From assembly GCF_009914755.1 (NCBI RefSeq), contig NC_060935.1: 64,000 nucleotides of DNA; one strand, 5' to 3'. Under the pieces are notes generated by a model. It was not told the origin of the DNA. It saw only the letters and a list, made by a program, of their open reading frames with translations, and ran no database searches. The stretch comes from the human T2T-CHM13v2.0 reference genome, Homo sapiens. The translations under genes were made by a program, and so were the position numbers. Below are positions 45,195 to 55,685 of the stretch, piece after piece (position 1 is the stretch's first letter; every line of letters starts with the position of its first letter).

Positions 45195-46529
45195 CTGCAA
45201 AGTTGACGTGATGAATTAAAAGTACAGAACGAGATGAGAGCTTAAACAAAAAAAAGCTACATTCATTTGTGTATTGATCGAATTAAAATAATTTTATTGT
45301 ACAGAAAACTGATGAGTATTTATATAATATGAAACTATGAATGGCTCATTTAAATTGATTAAAAAATGTCAGATTTCAACTGCTGTAGTGGGCACTTTGG
45401 TTTGTTTTTGAATTTGCCTTAGTGTACAATCTTTCTTCTCTAGGGCCCTTTGCTGGCAGCTATGTTTATATCATGTGACCACTCCTCTGATCGTTCTAGC
45501 CATAGATAACCAAACTAAGAATAAACACTTTACCCTGAGTTTGCCAATCATATTTCATTCTTTATGGCATGTTTAAATTGTGCTAAAGAGGTAGTGCATT
45601 ATTTTTCCTCTATGGTTGGCACCAGAGAAAAATACACTGGGGCTGTGGAACAGCAATATTACATTGGTCATAAGTGTGGAAAGCAGAGAAGCTTACAGAC
45701 AATTTGGGAAGCCAGAAAATATGAAGAAAGAGATCATTATAATACAAAGTAACACATAGGAAGTGACAAATAAATGGCTTCAGCATCTAACCATTAAAGA
45801 AACCCTTACAATATGATACCCGGCATCATATTTGGAAGAGATGGTTAGAACACAGACCTCCCACCAGGCTTAGGAAGACAGGAGGCTGCCCCCACCTGAT
45901 ATAATGTGCTGCCACGTTCCAACACAGCTCTCTCTTCAGTCTGCTGGAAGACTAGTTCTCCAGAACAGAATCTCTCTATTTTGTTAAGACATACTTCTTA
46001 GGAGATACCTAATTGAATGTTACTGTTTTGTTTCGGAGGGAAAAATATAACTTTATTGCAAACATCACATTTCTTTTTTCATAGAGTGGAGAATTGCAGA
46101 AAGGTAGATAGATGGGTATGGTTGAGTTGAAGACGGGGGTCTAGGGAAAAACAGAGATTAGGGTTGTGGCTGCAGAGGGCTCAATCAATGAGAGAGAGCC
46201 AGTTGCAGGGTAACTTCTTCAGAGGAAAAGAAAGGGTGCTGGGTGGCTGACAGTAAGTGTTGACAAAAGAGAGGATGGAGAGGAACCTCAACGTATCCAG
46301 ACTCACACATTCACCCTGATAAAGTGTCACCTCAAGGATCACCGGAAGAAGTCTTAGTGAAAAAAAAAGGGGGGGTGGGGGTGTGATTTAACTAAAATTA
46401 ACAGAAAACTAGATGAAAAACAAGAAATTATAGATTACACGATTTGGCCAAATAATGAAACTATAGCTTTAGATTCTGAAATTTACAGTAATGACAGTGT
46501 CCTCAGGCGAGTGATGAAAATATCTAAAA

Positions 46530-46780
46530 TGTATGATCAAACCTCTTAGAGAAATAAGAATTATAGTTAATGTATAGTATATTTCAAAAAAACTAAAAGA
46601 GAGAATTTTAAATGTTCACAGCACAAAGAAATGATAAATATTTGAGGTGATGGATATGATAATTAGCTTGATTTGGTCATTCCACAATGCATACATGTAT
46701 AACAACATCACATTTTACCCCACAAATATATACCATATTATTTGTCAACTAGAAATAAGATAAAATGATTTTGAAAAACC
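46530..46780 (+). mobile_element. L1MA 3' end fragment
   Basis: cacaaagaaatgataaatatttgaggtgatggatat..acatcacattttaccccacaaatatata. Confidence 0.75.
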
Positions 46781-46946
46781 AAAACACACTAAAAAGGAAT
46801 TACCAGAAAGAGAGCATTCAGTAGGTTTGTAGTATTTGGAGAAGGCTTTCTAGAAAAAGCAGTGCTTGAAAGATTTCTGTGTTTTATATAAGTTGAGACG
46901 AAGAATTCCCAGGCTTTCAGAACGGCATGTGTAAAAGTGTTGAGCA

Positions 46947-47249
46947 GGCTGGGCGCGGTGGCTCACGCCTGTAGTCCCAGCACTTTGGGAGGCCGAGGTG
47001 GGCGGATCACGAGGTCAGGAGATCGAGACCATCCTGGCTAACATGGTGAAACCTCGTCTCTACTAAAAATACAAAAAATTAGCCGGGCGTGGTGGCGGGC
47101 GCCTGTAGTTCCAGCTACTGGGGAGGCTGAGGCAGGAGAATGGAGTGAACCTGGAAGGCGGAGCTTCCAGGTGAACCGAGATGGCGCCATTGCACTCCAA
47201 CCTGGGCGACAGAGCGAGACTCCGTTTCAAAAAACAAACAAACAAACAA
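46947..47249 (+). mobile_element. AluY
   Basis: gagaccatcctggctaaca and gagaatgg; TSD aaaa(g/c)tgttgagca. Confidence 0.93.
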
Positions 47250-47977
47250 AAAACTGTTGAGCAACAGTGCACTTGTAACACTTCTCTTGATCTTGCTTTA
47301 CTATCTCAGGGACATTAACTGAGTATCTGGATCTTACATAGTGCTATTTTAGAAGCTAAAGGACAACACAAATAAAACCCCACTTAGAGAGTTTATAATC
47401 CAGTGAGGCAGAAAGAGCAGAACCGTTTTTCAATAATTTCAATATCTCATATACAGCGATGAATAATAAAAATGGTTATGAAAGTACAGAGGGGCTCCAT
47501 TTATGTCAATTAATTCTGGCTTTCATGATTTTTAGTTCCTACGCAATATCTGAGTTGTAATTTTTGTCATTGTGTTGTAGGACATTTTATGTAACCACTT
47601 AAAAAAATTAAATTGCTATTTGAATAATTTCTCTTTCATCCTAACTTCTTCATATCTCCCATTACCTCATTTCAACAATTTATTCATTGCCTATTTTCAT
47701 TCTTCTTGGTAGTTTTTTTCCTCCTTCTTGCCAAGAGATCATAAACAAAACAAAAGAAAACCATAGTGTATATATTTTGACCTGATCTGTGTTGGGCCTA
47801 GCAAAAAAAAAATGACTTCTCTCCTTTCCATCACTTTACAAGCATATCTTCCTGCATCCTTCCTACGTTCACGCTGGGCTCAGAGACAGAGGGTACCTTA
47901 TTCTTTTTCCTAGCCAATAACTCCACTTTAGCTCCTATCAACCAGAAACACTTAGTTCAGTTCAAACTGAACTAAAC

Positions 47978-48072
47978 TATACATATATATACGTGTATAT
48001 ATATATATACACACACATATATATATACACACACACATATATATACGTATATATATATACACACACACATAC

Positions 48073-48107
<35 letters not shown>

Positions 48108-48110
48108 TAT
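47978..48110. repeat. (TA)n/(CA)n compound microsatellite
   Basis: Seen directly; alternating purine-pyrimidine tract of about 130 bp. Confidence 0.95.
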
Positions 48111-51100
48111 GCAGGGAGCTGAGCTTGCTGTGTCAAGAGTCTAGGGACTCTTACTGAAAATAAAAAATGACTAATTTTAAATATCTACTACATGCCAGAC
48201 AGCGTCTATCAGCAGTAACAGAGACAAACAGATAAATGCTACTAGTTGTAGAGTGTATAAGGATAGGATGTATCTAATTGATAAGGCAGAAGAGATAATA
48301 GTGTGGAGTGGCAGATTTGGAGTGTGTGCATACATGAATGTGCCTGTGTGTGTCAAGAAGAACTAGTTCCAAGAATGTTAACAGAATGTATGCTTTATAA
48401 CTGTGTGAAGTTTTGATGGGTAGATGTGAGTTTATAAGGATGAAAAACAGGGGAAGTGTGCTTTTGCAGTGCCATTGATAAAATGAGGAGAGACATGAAT
48501 GAAAGAATAACATAAGCCAGTTTGTTGGATAACTACAAGAGAAGGGGTATATCGAAGTCTTAAATGTGAGGCTAGGTGCTGTGGGAAATGAAGCTAGAGA
48601 AAGCACCAGAGGTCAAATCATGAAAATCTTGAATTCCATGGACAGTGTAATGAACTTAAATTTTTGCAGAGCATCAAGAGCCAGACATTTCTAACATTTT
48701 ATTCACCTTTTATTGACCACTGGAAGCAAGGAGCTTTGCTTTTAATAAATAAATCATTTTCCATCTCTTCTCATTTAATGCCAACAAAATTCCTTTCCCT
48801 CTTTAGTATCTTGTTTAGTGCCATTGGTTGCTTTTTTGAAGTCTGCAATACTCAAGTTTTACTCTAACTCAACAATAAAAGCTTCCCACAGTTTTGTATA
48901 GATATTTCCAAACAATTCATTTCAACCAGGATATATTGAATAGTTTTCATAATTAGCCTTGTGCTTTGATAGTGAGGGATACAAGACATAAGCCCTGTTT
49001 CTCTCTCAATTTCCTGCTGTATCTTTTATAAGGATAAAAATTCCTTTGGAGAACAGTCTGCTTTTGTTTATTATTCCTTCACCTTCAGTAACAATCTGAA
49101 TTCTTTCCCTAATGACTCTGAAAATCCTCCAAATGATGTCACCCGTGATTTTCTACATGCCAAGTCCAAAAGTTTAATCTCAGATTTGTTTTTCTCTCCC
49201 TCATCTCAACTTTCAGCAATGTTTACCTCCTCCTCCTTGAAACTTTCTCCTTCATTAGCTTCAGTGATGGTTATTCTGTGAGGTTTTTTTTTTCCTGTTT
49301 GTTAAACAATGGTTTTGTTCTCTGCCTTATAAATTGTGGGATTCTAGAGGAGTCTGCTTTTCTCCCAAGAAGTACCTCTTCTTTTCTTGCTTTTCATATG
49401 CTCTCCTTGAGATATCTTGGTTATTCTCATGGCTTTAAATAGCACTTATATCCAGAAGACTCATAAATCTGCAATCTAATTATGGCATCTCCAGAGTTCT
49501 GTATTTTAAAAGTTAGCAGAATCTTTAACGCTGTGGCAAAGTTTCTGGTTTTAAGCGTAAAGGTAGTAATGAGACATGAAAATACAGTGAAGCAATCAAA
49601 CCTGTAATTTAGAAAAATAATTGACAGCATTTTGGAGAACAAAGCTCCTTGCTGCATGTGGTGAATAAAAAGTAAATAAAATACTGTGGCTACCCCTGAG
49701 GGACATCTCTACCCATCATCACTCAGTTACTTCAACTTCTATATGAGACAAATGGAACTCATTCTCTCGTCCCCTCCAAACCTGGCTCTTCCTCCTGCTT
49801 CATTTATCAGCAAACGACATCGAACTCTAGTAAATCATTGAATTAAAATTACTACCCACCACACACACACACATGTGTGCACACACATACCCTCCTCTTT
49901 CTCTCTCTCATCCCTTACATATAAAGATTAGTTTTTAACTGATTCTACTCCTGAAATGTAAAAGATGAGAACCTCGGGAGGTCTATATAAGAAGGCCAAG
50001 CAATTGTTAGTAGTGGGTATTTGCAGCTATTATTTCATTGCATTTTTCTTACATTGAAAAAATCTTAAGTGTTTATATTCAAGACAAGAGGGGGACTAAT
50101 GAATATCCTTAGAAGGAGGCACTAAATTTCCCCCAAGCTTCTCTTTTGTGCTGCCTTCACTCTAGAATCTTTCCGACCCATCCTCTCCAATCCATATATA
50201 CTTTCATTTTCTCTCTTGTGAAATAAGCTATATTCTCTCAACTAATTTTTCTGCCCACTCGGATTACAATGATGCTCCTCTTTCATTGCACTATTATAAG
50301 CTATAGCTTGTGGCTGTCTTAATCTGCTGAACTAGACCTTATAGTGTCATCAGTATTCTCCATGCTATTGTCAATGGTATGGCTATCATGTGTGACTGAC
50401 CTGGGTTCAGATTCTTGCTCAAACACTAACTAGTTTTGAGACCATGTACACCATTAATAAAAATATTACTCATAGAAATAGCTACCATTTACTGGACACG
50501 TGTTCTGTGAACATTATTGTCCTCAGTGCTTTATAAGCATTATTTTAATTCTTACTATATCATCATGTGACAAGTATTATTAGATTCACTTTAAATTCAT
50601 TTTTCTGGTAAAGACACTGAGTATCAGAAGTCTGAAACATATTTGAAATCACATACAACTGGTGAAAGTCAGAGCTGAATTTTTAACTCAGGTCTTTTTA
50701 ATTCCAAAGCTCGTGCTCTCAAAAACAATTGTTTTACTGAAATCTACAAGTAATATAAACTTTCTGTGACCCAGTTTCCTCATCTATAAGACAGGATATG
50801 CGCTGTGTCTAATACCAGTAGCTGGCAGGCAATGCGTTCGAAATTGGTAACTTTTCATTTTTAGTAATAGTTATTGGGCATAGAAATGAGATTCACTGAC
50901 TGTGATAAATATATCAGCACACTGATTAAACCATTTGACTAAAAACAAGTTATCTAACCTATATCAGGCAGAACGAAATACCCATTCTCTACGTATTTCC
51001 TGGGAATAAATAATTCTGAAATTCTACCGTCCTCCTCAGCCCACCATACCAACATCTAATCTAATTCTGCACATTGTGAGGAAATTACTCCCTGTGGGTG

Positions 51101-51158
51101 AGAAAGTCCAATTCATCTAGAGTCAAGCATTTTCACTGAACAAAACAGTTTTACTTAC

Positions 51159-51167
51159 AGAGCCCAT
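51159..51167 (-). CDS. OR51C1P: 9-nt coding micro-segment ATG GGC TCT (M-G-S): start of the nested OR and of the OR51E2 uORF
   Basis: Only ATG in exon 1, exactly three codons before a phase-0 donor, in frame with the 45194 acceptor. Confidence 0.65.
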
Positions 51168-51352
51168 ACAGCAGTTCGGCCTGTTCCTTTCAGGCTGACT
51201 CAGAAGGCTGAGGAGGCTTTAGATTCCAGGGGAGGGCCGAGCTTGCAAATATGAGGAGACTTATTCCAGCCTGACTGGAGACAGGCACAGAGCTGAAAGG
51301 CCAATTCCTGGTGGTGGTGCTAACTCACTGTGTCTTCAGGGTGTGGAGATTC
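51159..51352 (-). other. OR51E2: Distal first exon of OR51E2 (5'UTR), probably shared with the nested OR
   Basis: Matches my recollection of the OR51E2 mRNA 5' end (GAATCTCCACACCCTGAAG...GTATGGGCTCT). It ends at a strong donor TCT|GTAAGT (51158) and has a TATA box about 30 nt upstream. Confidence 0.85.
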
Positions 51353-51382
51353 CCAGAAGACTTCTTTTGCCTCATACAGTCC

Positions 51383-51389
51383 TTTTATA
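51383..51389 (-). promoter_or_regulatory. TATA box of the distal OR51E2/OR51C1 promoter
   Basis: ttttata on + reads TATAAAA on -, about 30 nt upstream of the inferred TSS. Confidence 0.7.
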
Positions 51390-52776
51390 TCTGTTCCATT
51401 ATGCAATTACTTACGGTGGCTATGTGCTTTATGGGCTGATGTAACCTTTTTTTCATGTGTCATTTCACTCAAAAGCTTTTTTATTTAACAGCTTTATTGT
51501 TATATCATTCACATACTATAAAATTCACCCATTTATAGTGTATGATTCAATTGTTTTTAGTAAAGTCACAGAACTGTGCAAGAACCATCATCACAATTCA
51601 ATTTTAGAACATTTTTTATTACCCTTAAAAGGAACCTCATAATCACTAGCAGTCACTCTGAAGGAGATTTTAAAAAACGAAATATTGTAGCAAATTGCTA
51701 AATGACATCTCCCATTATGAGTGAGAGTCCAACTCCACCCCTTAACTCCTCAGTATCTATGATTATTCACAGCAGTATGGTTTCATTAGCCCACCTGTGG
51801 TTCTTTGCAGCAGCAGTCTTTCTCTTACAGATAAAAAATAATTCATTTACTCATCCATACATATATCCAGTAAATATTTCATAAGAATGTCCCATATTCT
51901 AAACATTATACTCAGTGATAGAGTTTTTTTTTTAAGAATACACCATAATTCTTACTGTTTAGGATTTTAGTGTAGAAGATAGACAGGTTAACCAATAATT
52001 ACATGTTAACCAATGATAAGGTTATCCTAGAGGCATGAACCAAATGCTTGGTGAATACAGTAGGTAAAAATCTTGGTTCACAACTTACTTGTGTATAAAA
52101 TACGGTTTCATTTACTTTTTTATAATTTGACCTATTTCGTATTTTGAAGTCCCAACCTACCAGGTTGAAGAGAATTAGTCACAATAATTTGGGGTTCTCT
52201 CTACTTATAGTCAAATTTTGAAAATCTTGTATTATACCAAGAAAAATTGCAGGTAGGTGGGTGATTGACTTGGCCAATGATGTCACCTTCTGTCAGTTTA
52301 CTATCACTCTCATTAGTCTTTAATAAATAGAATGCATAGATTGCTATAAGTTGTCCATCTTTTCTCCTTATGGCCTCTTTAGATCCTTAGATATTCCCAC
52401 CAATTTGGACCACACTTGGGCATATGGGTCTTTGATTCATTCTCAGTTTCTGTCTCTTACACCCTGCATTTAATCCATTGGTAAATTATGTCAATCTCTT
52501 TGAAAAATACAATCAGAAATTGATCACTGTTTATCATCTCCAGAAATGTCACCTTTATTTAAGTCACAATTATCTCTCACTTGGGTAACTTCAGTAGTTT
52601 CCTAACCATTCTCCCTGCTTCCGATATTATCTCCTCTCCACTATCAAATCTGTTTCACTACTGAAAATGTCATGGCCTGAGATATTTTCTTCTTCATAAT
52701 GTAATAAAAACAATAAATAACAAGAACAATAATATTTTATTATGCATTCTACATCCATGATACTAGGCCAAGTGTT

Positions 52777-53190
52777 TGTGGTAGACAGGATAATGGCCCC
52801 TAAAGATACCTATGTCTTAATGCCTGGAACCTGTGAATATGTCACCTTACATTGCAAAGGGACTTTGCAGATGTGATTAAAGTTAAATAACTTGAGATGG
52901 CAAGATTAGATGGATTAGCTGGGTGGATCCAATATAGTCACACGGGTCTTTAAAAGTAGAGAACCAGAGAGATGGCAGCATGAGAAGGATTTGATCCACT
53001 GTTGCTGGCTTTGAAGATGGCAGAAGGAGGCTACAAGCCAAGGAATGTGGAAAGCCTCCAGAAGGAGAAAAGAAGATAATTGATTTTTCCCTAGCCCCTC
53101 CATAAAGAAATGCAGCCTGGTGATTCCTTGATTTTAGCTCAGTGAGATCCATGTCAACTTTTGACTTACACAACTCTACAATAATAAATT
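52777..53190 (+). mobile_element. MLT1C/D (MaLR) solo LTR
   Basis: tgtggtagacaggataatggccc..cctggaacctgtgaatatgtcacctta..gggactttgcagatgtgattaa. Confidence 0.8.
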
Positions 53191-54684
53191 CAGTAGAAGA
53201 ATCCATTATTAGTTTGATTTATGTCTTAAACTATGTTTAAACCAAAAATTAGAGTGTAAGTAACTTACCTAAGTTTCTCAGTTATAAATGGCACAAGTAG
53301 TATTCAAAGCCTCGGCTATCTGACACCCTCTCAGTTTTCAAAACTCATTTTCTAAACAGTCTTCACATGACTATCCATTCACCACTACTTTCAATTTGAG
53401 TCATCTACACCCAAAAGCCTGCATGCATGCTGATGTGCCAAACTGAATGTTAACAGGTTGTCACTTGTGCATGCTTATACCTTGCACATAAAGGTATTTT
53501 ATTGTTGTGTTTCCGCACAGGAAACTTCTTGAGACCTTTGAAAACACTTTCTCTACCAAGTTGGGCAAATTGTAGGGCTGTGACTCTTTTCCCATTAGTC
53601 TCAGAAACTATTTGGGAATAGTCACATATTTTTATTCTTATGGTTGAAAGAATGTTACTCTTATAAGAAAAATAAAGTTACTATAGTGGTACCATGTAAA
53701 TTCTGTGCCAGAGCTTAGTACATGAAAATGAAACTAGTGTGTGTACTGGTTAAAGCACCAATACACACACTGGCACACTACGTCAAAATATGGCTCTTCT
53801 CACTGCCCTATTCTCATGCCAGCCTAGCAGAACAGTAGCTGGTAATTTAACTAAACTTTCTGAAAATTTGAGTTCAATGTTCCTCCATGAAATCACACAG
53901 CAACACATCTTATTAATACATTAATATTAACACCATTGAGTCCAGGAAACATATCATAGTCTGTGATGTCATTTGACTTCATATTAATGTTTCTGAAACT
54001 TGGTAATCCAAACAGGAAGTACCAAATTGGACATAGGAAAACTCTGCACTAGGAACTTGAAGTAAGTCTTATTTATTGACTGTCAACATTTACTACGGTA
54101 AACAGTAAAATATTCTTGGCTATCAAATCAGCAAATGTTTTTTAAAACACATAATACATAGTGTTGTGTTGCTGTGTTACAGTGGACTAAGCATTGTTTT
54201 ACAATGTTTGCATGAACTTTCTGGAAGCATATTTTCCAGTATATTGTTGTCTTAAAATGTCCATAATATTCCATTTCTAAGAATTTATTGAAAGGAAGAT
54301 ATCAGAGATGCAGGCCATATTTTATGTACAGGAAAATTTATTGCCCCATTATTTACAGTGGTAAAAAATATAGATAAAAATTCTCAATGATACAGAATAT
54401 ATAAAGCATTTATATCGAGTCCTGGGATGTTATGCAACCTTTAAAATTTGTGCATATACCAGCTCAAGTGGATGGTCATGCTTGATCAGGAAATAGAAAA
54501 ACAAGTTTCAGGGCTAAGACTAGCACAAGGAGCAAACAGTTTAAGATATAAAAGAAACAGGGTTTGATACAGGAGCAAGAGGCCAGAGGCAAAACAGGTA
54601 ATCCAGGGTTAATGCATTGAAATTGTAGAAATAAACTTAAAAGAGAACAAACAATAACAACAGCAACGAAAACGGGTTGCTGTG

Positions 54685-55030
54685 TGTTACTGTTTGAATA
54701 TGTCTCCCATGTTGGAAATTTAATTCCCAAAGTCATATCTTGATTAGATATGAAGACTTTGGGAGATAAGTTGGATCAGATAAGGTCATCATGATGGGAC
54801 TGGTGGATTTATAAGAAGAAAAAGAGATCTGGGCTGACACAAATGCCCTTGCCCTTTTGCCATGTGATGCCCTCCACCATGTAATGGCAGCACAAAACCT
54901 CTCTCCAGAGGCTGGCACCATGCTTTTGAATTTCCTAGCCTCCAGAACTGTGAGCTAAATATACTTCTTTCCTTCACAAATTACCTAGTATTTGGTATTC
55001 TGTTATAGCAAGAGGAAATAGATTAAGACA
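54685..55030 (+). mobile_element. MST (MaLR) solo LTR
   Basis: ttgccatgtgatgccc..agcctccagaactgtgagc..ggtattctgttatagca..taagaca. Confidence 0.8.
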
Positions 55031-55519
55031 CTAAGTCAAAAACCATTTTGTTTATACTACTGTTCAGAAAAATTATTAGAACTCCATATGGCCTACTAGC
55101 CCTCCATGGTCTGATGAAAGCCTCACTCACCTCTTTTCCTGGATCCAGCCATGTTGGATTTAGCAGTTTTCCTACCCCGTTGATATGGCTAACACTGACC
55201 ATTCAATTTTGGTGTATATAGAAATGTCACTCCTCCTTACCTCTCCCTGTGAACTTCTAGCTATTCCTAATATTCCTATTTATTCCATTCTTCTCTGCTC
55301 CCACTATATCTTGTTGCACATGCTTTCATTAAAGTTCTTAATTGATTTATTAAGAGAAATATTGTATAGATACTCTACATATATCTGGTATTGAACAAGA
55401 TCCTGAGGGTATAACAGTGAACACGATAGATATCAACCCAAATATTACACAGTTCGAAGTCTAATGGGGGATACAAATAAGTAAATGGGAAATTAAAATA
55501 CTGTATTATAATTACTCTA

Positions 55520-55685
55520 CAAGTGGTATTCACAGAGATCTTTGCTATTGAAGGACCAATAATGTTAGCATCGCCTGGAAACTTGTTGGAAATGAAAAGA
55601 AAATTAGATCTTCTGAATTAGAACCTGCGCTTTTGCAAGATACCTAGCGCATTAATGTGCCATTCATATTTGTGAAGTGCTGGTA
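55520..55685. mobile_element. MER5-like hAT DNA transposon remnant
   Basis: agcatcgcctggaaacttgttggaaatg..ctgaattagaacctgc..aacaag-like core. Confidence 0.5.

Noticed and set aside
45195-45200. MQ.. start of the 311-aa ORF
   Set aside because: The codon is TTG, a bacterial-style start call, and these bases form the splice acceptor.
50494-50506. Possible androgen response element (ggacacgtgttct) near OR51E2 exon 1
   Set aside because: Half-site spacing is 2 rather than 3 and it lies in a MIR; not supportable without ChIP data.
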